Assembly (NCBI GenBank): GCA_044440125.1
Contig: JBITAJ010000008.1
Span: 64,001-128,000, forward strand
Source of the DNA: Sedimentisphaeraceae bacterium JB056
GTDB taxonomy: Bacteria; Planctomycetota; Phycisphaerae; Sedimentisphaerales; Sedimentisphaeraceae
Reading direction: 5' to 3'
DNA: 64,000 nucleotides
The translations under genes were made by a program, and so were the position numbers. Below the pieces are notes generated by a model that did no database searches, was not told the DNA's origin, and saw only the letters and a program-made list of their open reading frames with translations. Positions 51,801 through 61,426 of the stretch are shown in pieces (position 1 is the first letter of the stretch; every line of letters begins with the position of its first letter).

Positions 51801-52922
51801 TGTAAAACCAAGCGGTGGTAGAAGACTACCTGCTTTGTTTATTGAATACTCCATAAGAGTCTGATGCGTTGGTGTCGAAGCATGACGGGCAATAATTTTC
51901 ACGTCATTAGTTGACATAACATTATCATCTAACGACACCATTGGCGAACAATTCTGAGCAATTAGGAATGCACTGGCACGTTCACCGATTTCATCATCTC
52001 TTCCACTAACTTGCTTTACATGCCTCTTTCCTTCAGAACCACATTCTTTTAGAGTAGTTTTGATAATCCATGGTATAGTTCGGTGTTCAGCTTTCTCAAG
52101 TGCCTTTTTTAGAATACTTAATTTATCCAACTGAGTTTGATTACGAATTTTTCGTTTGAGTAATGAGATCTGGGCAACACTTCTAACTGACTCATTAAAA
52201 TCATTCGTTGCCATTGAGCTTAAAGCCAGAGTAATATCTTCACCTTCCAATACCGCCAATGCCCCACAAGCATCCTGTCGGACAATGTAATCTTGGTGAT
52301 TCAGTGAGGTTAGCAGAAACTGAATATTTACAGGTTCTCCAAATTCAGCTAATGCTCTACATGCAAACAATCGAATGCGAGGATTTTCATTTTCAACAAA
52401 TCCCCTAATAACTGGAGAGGCTTCTTCATAACCAATTCTTGCTAATGCTGAGATAGCTACTAATTGTATGGATTGAGGACAATTCGAATCACAAAGTATA
52501 GACAGTATTTCTGCCCCCACATTTGCATTACCAATTTCACCCAAAGCATATAACGCTCCCTGCCGAGAAAGCCAATGCTCCTTTGTGTCTGCCGCAATCG
52601 CAATTAATTCAGTAGAAACTTCAGGCCAAGAGCTATATTGTATAAATTTAATCAGAGATATTTTTTCCCAGACACTTCCTGTTTTAAGTTTTTTTTGTAT
52701 GTAAGGCAAAGCCTCATTTTTACGCAGAGCCAATAGTTGGAAAGATTCTTGGAGTTCAATACCACCTGAACTCTCTGTTATTGATTGTATAATAGTCTCT
52801 ACAGGCAAAGATTGACCAGAAAGAAGACAATGAGGCTGTTCAGTAGAAAACACCAAATCCCACTGATTAAAAATCAAAAACATCACACATACCATCCATT
52901 TAGGATTCCCCATCACTTTCAT
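48888..52922 (-). CDS. Large secreted multidomain protein: HEAT repeats + Zn-dependent phospholipase C/S1-P1-like domain + 2 Ig-like repeats + InlB-B-like repeat + GWNW-repeat C-terminus
   Basis: ATG 52922 after GGAG; HEAT-like repeats (RQGALYALGEIG, AISALARIG, RQDACGALA); TH...ED...DH...HYLGRVSHILQDMSSPLH...FE; repeats SGSSSVQE..YTCKA and AGSSSVNE..YTCKA; GWEFIGWD; LVSGWNWISF and LVAGWNWLGY. Confidence 0.75.
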   Translation of the reverse strand: MKVMGNPKWMVCVMFLIFNQWDLVFSTEQPHCLLSGQSLPVETIIQSITESSGGIELQESFQLLALRKNEALPYIQKKLKTGSVWEKISLIKFIQYSSWPEVSTELIAIAADTKEHWLSRQGALYALGEIGNANVGAEILSILCDSNCPQSIQLVAISALARIGYEEASPVIRGFVENENPRIRLFACRALAEFGEPVNIQFLLTSLNHQDYIVRQDACGALAVLEGEDITLALSSMATNDFNESVRSVAQISLLKRKIRNQTQLDKLSILKKALEKAEHRTIPWIIKTTLKECGSEGKRHVKQVSGRDDEIGERASAFLIAQNCSPMVSLDDNVMSTNDVKIIARHASTPTHQTLMEYSINKAGSLLPPLGFTGTQKIKMKEGSADEDSSSRPLDHAYRPIDGGSFPFGTTALKESQARWGSMVDAFEENGDGWHYLGRVSHILQDMSSPLHVFAVQHLTFGCKFESYWETSDSKLRDVLNSIGGPLHSSSPLPEESMAKLDSFTQERLKYRFATSCPEKNNDDVRGWIDVLAWITYFRSTFWGEVKFGSSSRGSATSFYTTGTDFIDGYVGSKINILHTMFNGNIKYIDGWTDNYYEITDRKGYVFRWMSWSDIDDWGSCGRNWANGKQDSSIRVGGSDDDDNGVRITGRFWFDTRELGKDSSGSYNRKCYPNKYPNGDPMVDDLHLYYGKYGYPLAVRYNAGLLGLANRRITVKTNCGTAYFSLGRKDNLGNGQDFTTGTNGSDFYFVAKSSVTIEAPYENSSKYLFNRWLKNGKLYSMNKNITINTAYNWIPQGGEVYIAEYSIPTLTRIEVSGSSSVQENSFAQYTCKAFYSNGTSAIINPQWTDNSIYASISSAGTLTTLSVNSDKNVTITASYTSGGVTKTDTHALIITDIPVTLEYISIAGSSSVNEGASATYTCKATYSDSTTLTVIPTWSIISGIAYASINSNGKLTAGSDTYDQEVVVQAVYGGKTDTYTVTINVDNTPYYVVTFATGDHGEIISGQTVQQIEEGSSATAPTILEDSGWEFIGWDTVFDNVTSDLTVTALYTEKDSKPDWQSPQGLLNSMTVYAQIYSSGNQIGTDIGSLLSVWDSSGNIAGVAEVVDGVNGKLFILSVYNDNTIEDGMVLKLYDGADGEIYEVGGSFSFESGTSVGSLSNPEGFSLSGEDISYLQISLVSGWNWISFSVLPDEATLGNVFAELESIADQDKILSANGLNATYYQGQWYGTLQLLEPGLMYKLKTANSDILTVSGQPVDPATQIHLVAGWNWLGYTLCENAAFSTVMDNFPANNNNYITNQFGKNLTYWDGQWYGMMSEMKPGLGYMMKVSQECTLSFSEVQQ

Positions 52923-53115
52923 CTTACATTCTCCAAAACAGCATTTCAAGCATAAAAATTAGCTTAAATTATATAAACAACACTAATTTGATATAAAATT
53001 CATATACAACTATATCATTAAATCTACACAAAACAAATCTAAACGCAAGCTTGTTTTACGTAAAATACAAAAAGCTAACACCAAGCCCTATAAAACAATA
53101 CATCTACATAGACGA

Positions 53116-53940
53116 TTACATATAGTTAATCATTGCGGCTAAGATGTTGTGATATGCGTGGGTTGCGGCTACTACTCCAAAACCTCTGATGCCGAAAAGA
53201 GCAGCGAGATAAACACCTGCGATGAATCTAAAGATGAATGGTACCACACTGAATGGCTCACCGGAATGAAAGGAACCGTTTAAGAAGTAAACATGGTGAT
53301 GTGCACTGAAAAGCAATGCCGATATCACTATTGCGAAGCAATTGGCACGCAACTCCGGCATGCCGAGAAATTTCCTCATGAAAAGTACAAGCACCATGAT
53401 CACATAGAGCCTGAAGAACAGCTCCTCGTATATACCTGCACCAATACCTGCAATGACACTAACAAAAAACTGCTGAGTATTTTCCGTAGAAGCCAACAGA
53501 GATGCCTGAGGTATAGCCGGAACAGCAGCATGGTCGCTGGCTGACACCATATTATTTATCCAGAAACTGAAAGCTATCAGCGGTATTGACCACCCAATAC
53601 ATTCAAGCGTCATAGGGAAAAAATCGCGTATTCGAACCTTGGGCTCCGTATTTGAAGCAAGCTGCCATACAATCAAAGTAGCCATTACGACTACCGGTGC
53701 ACCAACCCAGGCACCCTGACCGTTGAATCCAAGTTTAATAAGTGTGTTGTAAACCCACGCAAATGCGACAACAACGCCTGGAACTTCGCCTAAGGGACGA
53801 GAGAAAACCTCCGAATCAATCGCAAAAAGGCCGAGTTCATAAACAACAACAAAGAAGAGCAGGTAATAAAATGCATATATAGGTTTTGATGTTCTCTCAA
53901 AGTATGTCTCAAAAGTGTCTACTGATGTCTTTTTACCCAA
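53116..53940 (-). CDS. CPBP (CAAX/Abi) family intramembrane metalloprotease
   Basis: AGIYEELFFR, FSAHH, THAYHN motifs; multiple TM segments. Confidence 0.88.
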   Translation of the reverse strand: MGKKTSVDTFETYFERTSKPIYAFYYLLFFVVVYELGLFAIDSEVFSRPLGEVPGVVVAFAWVYNTLIKLGFNGQGAWVGAPVVVMATLIVWQLASNTEPKVRIRDFFPMTLECIGWSIPLIAFSFWINNMVSASDHAAVPAIPQASLLASTENTQQFFVSVIAGIGAGIYEELFFRLYVIMVLVLFMRKFLGMPELRANCFAIVISALLFSAHHHVYFLNGSFHSGEPFSVVPFIFRFIAGVYLAALFGIRGFGVVAATHAYHNILAAMINYM

Positions 53941-53978
53941 AATGCTCCACCTTTAGCGAAAAAATTCTTCCCTGAAGA

Positions 53979-54749
53979 TTATTTTTGCGGTTTAACGTCT
54001 CCCATTCGACGTGATCGTGACGAATAATCAACTATCGCCTTCTCAAGCTCGTCTACAGTGAAGTCCGGCCACAGTGTTTTTGTCAGGTAGAATTCAGAAT
54101 AGGATACTTGCCATAGCAAGAAATTGCTTATTCTCAGCTCATTGGATGTCCTGATCACCAGGTCGGGGTCGGGGATTCCTGCCGTATAAATTCGATCGGC
54201 AATAGAATCCATATCAATGTCATCAATCGACATTTCCCCGGTTTTGACTTTCTCAGCTATCAGCTTAACCGCATCAACAATCTCTTCACGGCCGCCATAA
54301 TTCAATGCAAGAGCCATATACATGCCGGTATTCGACGATGTCATTTCAATAGTCTTGTCCATCTCAAACAAAAGAGTATCCGGCAAGCCATCACGGCGTC
54401 CAAGATGCTTGAGTCTTATGTTGTTCGACATCATAAGTTCACGCATCGAAACAAGATAACGCGTAAAAAGATGCATCAGAAAGTCTACTTCCATAACCGG
54501 TCTTTTCCAGTTCTGGAGGCTAAAAGAATACAACGACAGACATTCTATTCCAAGATCATTGGCACCAAGAACGATATCCTCAACATTCTTACCGCCCTCT
54601 CTGTGGCCGATAAAACGAGGCATCATGCGTTTTTTTGCCCATCGCCCATTACCATCCATAACAATACCAATGTGTCTGGGTACCTTGTCGACGGGTATTC
54701 TGAGCCTTTGAGCAGTTTCAATCCTCTTCTGTTCCTGCGATTGAGGCAT
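53979..54749 (-). CDS. uppS: Undecaprenyl/isoprenyl diphosphate synthase
   Basis: HIGIVMDGNGRWA, NWKRP, NYGGREEI, DPDLVIRTS, RISNFLLWQ. Confidence 0.97.
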   Translation of the reverse strand: MPQSQEQKRIETAQRLRIPVDKVPRHIGIVMDGNGRWAKKRMMPRFIGHREGGKNVEDIVLGANDLGIECLSLYSFSLQNWKRPVMEVDFLMHLFTRYLVSMRELMMSNNIRLKHLGRRDGLPDTLLFEMDKTIEMTSSNTGMYMALALNYGGREEIVDAVKLIAEKVKTGEMSIDDIDMDSIADRIYTAGIPDPDLVIRTSNELRISNFLLWQVSYSEFYLTKTLWPDFTVDELEKAIVDYSSRSRRMGDVKPQK

Positions 54750-54802
54750 AAAAATTTCCTACAATTTCGTTAAGCTGCTTTGAAGCAGGGATTAGGTCTA
54801 AA

Positions 54803-56083
54803 TTATAAGCTTCTGAAAATTGTCTGATCTCTCTTTGGACCAACACCAATTATAGTTACAGGCACTCCCGTAACGCGTTCGACCGTCTTGATATAAGCTT
54901 TGGCATTATCAGGCAACTGGTCATAATCGGTTACATTTTCAAGATTCTCATCCCATCCAGGCACAGTCTCGTATACACATTCTACTCTTTCCAGAGTAGC
55001 TGCATCACATGGGAAGAAGTCTGTTTCAACACCATCAACGATATAAGACTTGCAAACTTTAAGCTCTTTCATGCCGGCAAGAGTGTCGAGATGCATCATA
55101 GCAAGCTCGTTTATACCACCAATCGTGGCTGAATATTTCACTACAACACCATCAAACCAACCACATCTTCGTGGACGCCCCGTGGTAGTTCCATATTCAT
55201 TACCCTTATCCCTGATAAGCTGTCCAATTTCATTATCCTGCTCTGTAGGGAATGGGCCGGCTCCAACTCTTGTAGTATAAGACTTTATGACTCCAATGAA
55301 CGACTCAACATTCTTCGTAGGTACGCCGCAACCGGCTGCCATACCAAGCGCAGAAGCGTTTGAGCTTGTAACAAATGGGAAAGTACCGTGATCAAGATCC
55401 AGAAGAGCACCCTGAGCTCCTTCAAAAAGCAGGCTCTTGCCTTCTTTAATTGAATCATGCAGTTTTTTTGTTGTGTTGGTTATATACTTGCAGAGCTTGT
55501 CGGCATAAACTTTACAAGATTCAAAAACCTCATCAACGCTTATCGGATCAGCATCATAAAGTGCGGCGAATATCTTATTCTTATATGCCACAATCTTTTG
55601 GAGCTTCGTATAAAGGCCATCGAGATCGCGGAAATCAGCCATACGGACAGCAAAACTGCGTCCGATTTTATCTGAATAACATGGGCCTATGCCCCTGTTG
55701 GTTGTACCAATCTTATTCTTACCAAGTGACGCCTCACGCAATCCATCCTCAAGCTTATGATACGAGAGCACAGTATGTGCATTTTCACTGATATAAAGCC
55801 TGTCATCTAATGAAATGCCTTGTTCTGCAAGGTTTTCCATTTCCTGAATAAATATTTCAGGATCCATAACGACACCATTGCCGATAACGCAAGCAACGCC
55901 TTTTCTTACAGCTCCGCTGGGCATAAGATGCAAAGCAAACTTAGTATTGCCAACAACTACAGTATGCCCGGCATTGGCACCGCCAGCAAAACGTACAACG
56001 ACATCACTTTTGTCGGCAAGTATATCAACTACTTTGCCTTTTCCTTCGTCACCCCACTGGAGACCAGTAACACAACAGTTCAT
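54803..56083 (-). CDS. purA: Adenylosuccinate synthetase
   Basis: QWGDEGKGK, GGANAGHT, GIGPCYSDK, EGAQG, TRVGAGPFPTE, GTTTGRPRRCGW. Confidence 0.98.
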   Translation of the reverse strand: MNCCVTGLQWGDEGKGKVVDILADKSDVVVRFAGGANAGHTVVVGNTKFALHLMPSGAVRKGVACVIGNGVVMDPEIFIQEMENLAEQGISLDDRLYISENAHTVLSYHKLEDGLREASLGKNKIGTTNRGIGPCYSDKIGRSFAVRMADFRDLDGLYTKLQKIVAYKNKIFAALYDADPISVDEVFESCKVYADKLCKYITNTTKKLHDSIKEGKSLLFEGAQGALLDLDHGTFPFVTSSNASALGMAAGCGVPTKNVESFIGVIKSYTTRVGAGPFPTEQDNEIGQLIRDKGNEYGTTTGRPRRCGWFDGVVVKYSATIGGINELAMMHLDTLAGMKELKVCKSYIVDGVETDFFPCDAATLERVECVYETVPGWDENLENVTDYDQLPDNAKAYIKTVERVTGVPVTIIGVGPKRDQTIFRSL

Positions 56084-56176
56084 AATTTATAAATTTCCTG
56101 TATTTATTATAGCTTAAAAATCACGGCACCTGCTCAGATGCGCAAAGACTATATCATAATCTTTCGGCCTGATAAT

Positions 56177-56635
56177 TCAACTTATTTTTGATATCAAATG
56201 TTTAAGCAGTTTCTCAAGGTCATCCCAGGTCTTTTTAGAAAGCGTAACGCTCTTTTCCTGGCCATTTTCCATATACTTAAAACTAAACTTCCCATTTTCA
56301 TCAAAAGCAGTATGGTCAATCTCTTCTATGTTATCGTAAGGCACTTTTTTACCGTTACTTAGCACAAGCACATCGTCGTCAGCAGTAAGCTGCATTCTCC
56401 TGCGTTTTACAAAAGCTCCGGCAAATCCAAAGGTAGCAATAACGCCAAAATAAGGAAATTTCTGAGAGAAAATAAGTGTATGATCAGCCTTACCGTCAGC
56501 CTTTGTATGCTTATCAATGAATTTTTGATTATGGTAGCCATCATAAACACACCATATACTCAAGACAATAAGCACACCAATTGCAATTTTGATATTTCCC
56601 AGCCTATAGCTACTATATTTTGCCACGATATTCAT
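56177..56635 (-). CDS. Hypothetical membrane protein (two TM segments plus soluble C-terminal domain)
   Basis: 152-aa ORF co-oriented with purA, SD AGGA, two hydrophobic segments. Confidence 0.7.
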   Translation of the reverse strand: MNIVAKYSSYRLGNIKIAIGVLIVLSIWCVYDGYHNQKFIDKHTKADGKADHTLIFSQKFPYFGVIATFGFAGAFVKRRRMQLTADDDVLVLSNGKKVPYDNIEEIDHTAFDENGKFSFKYMENGQEKSVTLSKKTWDDLEKLLKHLISKIS

Positions 56636-57054
56636 TTCATAATCCTGTTAGTCTAATCAAACTAAATTATCTAAGCTCAAAACGACAAGGCAGTTGCTGC
56701 AAATTCAGCATAAAGCCAAACCTTAACTGTCTTTACAGCATCATCCTGCGGTATCATAGCAAAAAACAGTCTTATATCAACTAAATAATGGCTTATAAGT
56801 CTTTTATTAAGCTACAGCAATTTATGTAAAATTACAATATATTAGCATTCAAACAAGAAATATCCGGCAGACAAATTCTGTATTTAATCGCTAACTAATT
56901 GCTATTCTTGATATTACAATAAACAGTAAGTTAATCCCTTACTCCAAATCAGGACTTTCTTTATAGAAAATATTAATTTTATACTTATCATAAGAATCGT
57001 GTAGACGTGGATTTCGGTAACATAAACATAAGATACATTTATTGAAATTAAAAA

Positions 57055-57747
57055 ATGACAGACTTAATCAAAAGAGTTGTTTTCTTTATTATACTTACTG
57101 CAGTACTATTGCTTATTTTCAACAGTACTGATATAGATGAAAAAATGACTTTGTCAAATATACAGGATAACGCCTCAAACCTTAAACAAATCATCGATCA
57201 AAACTATCTTATTTCAGTCATCTTGTTCATTACAGGGTATGTAATGATTAATTTATGCATGCCTGTGGCTGGCATATGTACATTGCTCGCCGGCTTCTTA
57301 TTCGGGACCATAAGAGGAGCCATTTATGTTGAGATAGCAGCAACAATAGGCGCTCTATGCGGTTTTTACCTAAGCAGGTATTTTTGCGGATACTGGATTC
57401 AAAGAAAATGGGGCAATAACTTGTCAAGCTTCAATAAAGAGCTTGCTATCTACGGACATTATTTCCTTGTATTTATAAGGATGATCCCCCTAATACCTTA
57501 TATTCTTGTGAATTTTCTCGTCGGCCTCACAAAAATTAAGGCCACGACATTTATTTGGACAACCGCGGTGGGATCATTGCCGGGAATTTTAATATTCAGT
57601 TATGCCGGACGACAACTTTTGACTATAAGAAACATCGATGATGTATTGACTCCAAAGATACTTATCACTATTTGCCTTCTGGTCTTTTTTGCCTTTTCAA
57701 TAGTTTTGGGCAAGATATATATAGACAAGAAAATAACTGCTTCTTAA
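57055..57747 (+). CDS. TVP38/TMEM64 (DedA/VTT superfamily) membrane protein
   Basis: LLAGFLFG, ATIGA..FYLSRY, RMIPLIPY..VN, TTAVGSLPG. Confidence 0.9.
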   Translation: MTDLIKRVVFFIILTAVLLLIFNSTDIDEKMTLSNIQDNASNLKQIIDQNYLISVILFITGYVMINLCMPVAGICTLLAGFLFGTIRGAIYVEIAATIGALCGFYLSRYFCGYWIQRKWGNNLSSFNKELAIYGHYFLVFIRMIPLIPYILVNFLVGLTKIKATTFIWTTAVGSLPGILIFSYAGRQLLTIRNIDDVLTPKILITICLLVFFAFSIVLGKIYIDKKITAS

Positions 57748-57757
57748 GTTTAGTGCA

Positions 57758-60136
57758 TCATACACACAAGTTCGGCATATCGAAAGTCGCAACTAAAGGG
57801 CGATGATCAGAGGCAATTCTTGCCCAATCAGTATCTGCTATCCGGCAATCAGTGAGTTCAATCGGCCCATCATAAAAAATGTGATCGATCTTAACCAAAG
57901 GATATCTTCCGCAATAGCTCCCTAAAGGTCCGGCTGTAGGGATAGCAGCTTTCATAGATCCACTGATCTTACGGTAAAGATTAGACCATTGAGTAAAATT
58001 TAGATCGCCACAAAAAATCACTGGTCCATTTAGCGACTTTGCCCGCAACCACTTTGAACTCAGAAGGTCTCTGATTTGCTCTTTTTTTTCTTGAGATCTT
58101 AGTCCTAAATGAGTGTTAAAGAATTGCAGCTTTTGACCATTGATTTCAACCTCGGTCCACAATGCACCTCTCGGCTCCATTTTTTTACTTCTTTTTGTTG
58201 GAGGCAGTATATCAGTCTTTACCAGATTCATAGGAAAACGGCTCAGTATTGCATCACCATACTTCTCATCTTCTAACATCACAGCAGGATGAAAAAAATG
58301 GTCCATTTCTAATATCTCAGCAATTATCTTTGCTTGATCTTCATGGCCGGAACGTTCACGGAAAACGTCCAACTCCTGCAAAGCAACAATATCCGGTGCA
58401 TACTGTTCGATTACTTTTGCTATTCGCAAAGGTGAAAGCTTCCCGTCGGTTCCTACGCAACTATGAACATTGTACGTCATAACCCGAAACTGCTTTCGGG
58501 TACTTAAGAGCTTCTCTGGTTCACATATGTCATTGATGTAAGATGAGCGTCCAAGCAATGTTATTGCCGCATTCCTTATATCGCCCACCCTTATATGATC
58601 TTTTGAGTCATCAATAGGAAACTGTTTTGGAGCAAGAAAAAAAGCAGTGTATTCCTGCTCGCTAATACCACCATGAGACCCATTTTCCATCGCAAATGTA
58701 TAATAAGGCCTGTCCTTACCCTGATAACCTGATATTATGAAATCACCTGAATTAACATCGTTGCAGCATTTCATGAAATCAGAAACAATTTCATTCGGAA
58801 CAAAATCGTTATCAAAAAACCCTGTTTGTTTAGAAAGCCAATACTCCTGATCATTAGTAAGCACCTTTACATCACCTGAACTATCCGGAATAAATATTAG
58901 CGGTATCTTGGAAGTCGCGAGCAATTTCCTGGCGGCATCCAACTTATTTTTTCGGTTGTCTTTATCCAGATAAACCTGCGCAAAAGGACCAAGCTCAGTC
59001 ACGTTTATATGTCCGCTCTCTTTCATGTGCAGGCTTTTTCGATTTTGAAAAAGCCCATGAATATGCCATCCAAGCCTCTCAAGAAATCCAGGCGAGTAAT
59101 CTGTTTTTGAATCTTTACCGGCAGAATGTTTTTGTAGTAATGTTTTATTTACCGTCTCATTTAATGATTCACCATATTTTCGGCGATAAGGCACGGTATC
59201 AACTTGGCCATGGTCTGAATACACCCATAACTCATAATCCTTTAATGAACGCCTCGAATGCTTCCATAATCTTTCAATCGCGTTATCAATACCTTTTAAA
59301 GTCCAATGAGCAAAACGTGAAGTAGCGCCGCGACGATGTGACTGTTCATGGTATCCCATTAAATTTGCTTGTATAATGGGCAGTCCTCTCGCTATATCCA
59401 TCGTTGCACCTATTACAATTATCTCGCGAAGAAGAATACACATACCAACTCTTGAAGGCACGAATTTGAGTTCTTTCCAAAGATTGTTTCCATCAATCAA
59501 ACCACGAAAAAGGTCAATAAAAGCAATTACTGTTTCAACGAAAAGCAATGCTAAAGCTCTTATGAGACTGAAGACATGAAGAAGCACCCCGACAGCAAAA
59601 CTAAAAGTTCTCCATCTTCTAAAAACTTTCGCAAACCCAATATCGGCAATACAGAAATGGGCCTCCATAGCCCCTCCCGTATAAATATTAGAATAACAAC
59701 TTCCATCTCTAAAAAGCCCCTGCCCCCTTTCTTTCAATCGTGACTCTATCACCTCAGCATCATCAGGATTAAACATAGCAAAGGTTCGTTTCGACTTAGA
59801 ATCATGAAAAGAGAAAGAAGGAACACAGCCTCTAACGCCATAAAACAACTCACCTTGAACCGCAGGCGTAGAGCATGGCATACCAGAATAACATGTACGA
59901 ATTTTATAATTTTGTTTAGTGATAAGGTTTTTCAAGAAAGGCATACGGCCCGATTCGATTGCTTTTTCAAGCTGCTGTTTTGAAAGTGCATCTATTTGGA
60001 CAAGTATAATACCTGGCTTCTTTTGCCGATCCGAAGCATATGGCAGCTTCATTAGTCGTACAAGCCATTTGCTTCGATTAAAATAATTCCTGAATTTTCT
60101 CAAAAACACTTCTGGTTTATGCAGCATAAATTTCAT
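57758..60136 (-). CDS. Fusion of alkaline-phosphatase-superfamily (NPP-like) domain and endonuclease/exonuclease/phosphatase (EEP) domain
   Basis: N-terminal VQIDALS, PCSTPAVQ, HEQSH, YSDHGQ, GSHGG; C-terminal TYNVH, ALQE, NTHL, GDLN, IDHIF, SDHRP; ATGA overlap with GT4 gene. Confidence 0.85.
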   Translation of the reverse strand: MKFMLHKPEVFLRKFRNYFNRSKWLVRLMKLPYASDRQKKPGIILVQIDALSKQQLEKAIESGRMPFLKNLITKQNYKIRTCYSGMPCSTPAVQGELFYGVRGCVPSFSFHDSKSKRTFAMFNPDDAEVIESRLKERGQGLFRDGSCYSNIYTGGAMEAHFCIADIGFAKVFRRWRTFSFAVGVLLHVFSLIRALALLFVETVIAFIDLFRGLIDGNNLWKELKFVPSRVGMCILLREIIVIGATMDIARGLPIIQANLMGYHEQSHRRGATSRFAHWTLKGIDNAIERLWKHSRRSLKDYELWVYSDHGQVDTVPYRRKYGESLNETVNKTLLQKHSAGKDSKTDYSPGFLERLGWHIHGLFQNRKSLHMKESGHINVTELGPFAQVYLDKDNRKNKLDAARKLLATSKIPLIFIPDSSGDVKVLTNDQEYWLSKQTGFFDNDFVPNEIVSDFMKCCNDVNSGDFIISGYQGKDRPYYTFAMENGSHGGISEQEYTAFFLAPKQFPIDDSKDHIRVGDIRNAAITLLGRSSYINDICEPEKLLSTRKQFRVMTYNVHSCVGTDGKLSPLRIAKVIEQYAPDIVALQELDVFRERSGHEDQAKIIAEILEMDHFFHPAVMLEDEKYGDAILSRFPMNLVKTDILPPTKRSKKMEPRGALWTEVEINGQKLQFFNTHLGLRSQEKKEQIRDLLSSKWLRAKSLNGPVIFCGDLNFTQWSNLYRKISGSMKAAIPTAGPLGSYCGRYPLVKIDHIFYDGPIELTDCRIADTDWARIASDHRPLVATFDMPNLCV

Positions 60137-61419
60137 TCCGGTTCTGTTTTATCATTGCTTATTAACGTTCCTGCAGCATTGGCATAATTACAGAAAATTT
60201 CCCATTCAGCTTTAACCATACTCATGACACCATGAAATACTGACTCATCAGATCTGCCGGCCCCTGGGTCATGAATTGCTATGAGTTCTTCATAAGATTT
60301 CAAAACATCAGAAGCACATTTATCCATAGAAAAATGCCGTGCGGTTTCAACCGCATTCTCTTTAATCCGCGTCCAATCCAACCGATCCATATGCATACAT
60401 TTATCAATTTTATCTGCAAACTCCTCAACGTCCTCCTTATCAAGCATATAACCGTTGCAACCATCTTTTAAGATGTCAGTTACCCCAGTTGCTTTTATTG
60501 CTATTACAGGCAAAGATGAGGCCATTGCTTCTGCGAGAACCATCCCTTGAGTCTCTGTCTTAGAAGCAAAAACAAACAAATCCATGGCTTGATACGCTTC
60601 AATGAGCTCCTGCCCCTTCAAAACACCTGTAAAAAGAACTTGAGAGCTCAAATTCTGGTTCAAGAAGAAATTCTTCATACTCTCAGCCAAAGGTCCGTCC
60701 CCCACAATCATGAAGCGGGAATCTCTATTTTTCTTCAAAAACAGAGAGACGGATTTTGTTAAATAATCAAGATTCTTTTCTGAGGCCAAACGACCAACGT
60801 GTCCGACAACAAAACATTCTTTGTCTAAATCGAATTTCTCACGTACTTGATTCAGTTCGGATTTCAAGAAAAATTTATTGTCAATTCCTGTGGGAATGAC
60901 CTTTATAGGCACTTCAACTCCTCTGCGAATCAATATATCCTTAACAGCCAAACTCGGTGCAATAACAAGATTGCATAAATTAGAATAGCCGGTGGTCAAT
61001 TTCTTCACAAACTCTCTGACACGATCAGAATCAGAACTGATATAATGTATATATTTTTCGTACATTGTATGATACGTGAACACCAAAGGTATATCAAAGC
61101 TTGCCGCCACTCTCATTGCAGTACTTCCAATTATGAATGGAAAATGTGAATGCACGATTTCAGGTTGAAACTCCTCAAGTTTTGCCGTAATAGCCCCAGG
61201 TAAAGGTATCGAAACAGGAAAATTTGTGTCATTAAAATTTTTTATTGCAGAAACCCTATAAACACCTTCGTCATCCTCTTGCGAATCATCATCCGATCGA
61301 GGAGCTATAATGAGTACATCGTGTCCCTTCTGTTCAAATTTTTCAGTAAAAGCATCTATTGATCTTTGAACGCCGCCGGTATAAGGCCTATAGGTGTTAG
61401 TCATTAATAAAATTTTCAT
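60133..61419 (-). CDS. Glycosyltransferase family 4 (diacylglycerol glucosyltransferase-like subgroup)
   Basis: TNTYRPYTGGV, HSHFPF, TYHTMYE, VGRLASEKN, ETQGMVLAEAMA. Confidence 0.9.
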   Translation of the reverse strand: MKILLMTNTYRPYTGGVQRSIDAFTEKFEQKGHDVLIIAPRSDDDSQEDDEGVYRVSAIKNFNDTNFPVSIPLPGAITAKLEEFQPEIVHSHFPFIIGSTAMRVAASFDIPLVFTYHTMYEKYIHYISSDSDRVREFVKKLTTGYSNLCNLVIAPSLAVKDILIRRGVEVPIKVIPTGIDNKFFLKSELNQVREKFDLDKECFVVGHVGRLASEKNLDYLTKSVSLFLKKNRDSRFMIVGDGPLAESMKNFFLNQNLSSQVLFTGVLKGQELIEAYQAMDLFVFASKTETQGMVLAEAMASSLPVIAIKATGVTDILKDGCNGYMLDKEDVEEFADKIDKCMHMDRLDWTRIKENAVETARHFSMDKCASDVLKSYEELIAIHDPGAGRSDESVFHGVMSMVKAEWEIFCNYANAAGTLISNDKTEPE

Positions 61420-61426
61420 GAGATAC

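Noticed and set aside
56120..56178. Two small hairpins before purA as a purine riboswitch
   Set aside because: Lacks the conserved purine-riboswitch junction sequences, and half of it overlaps a likely promoter (TTGAAT-N16-TATGAT)
56680..56752. Possible structured leader before the 152-aa membrane protein gene
   Set aside because: Only short imperfect stems and no known motif; not distinguishable from chance by eye
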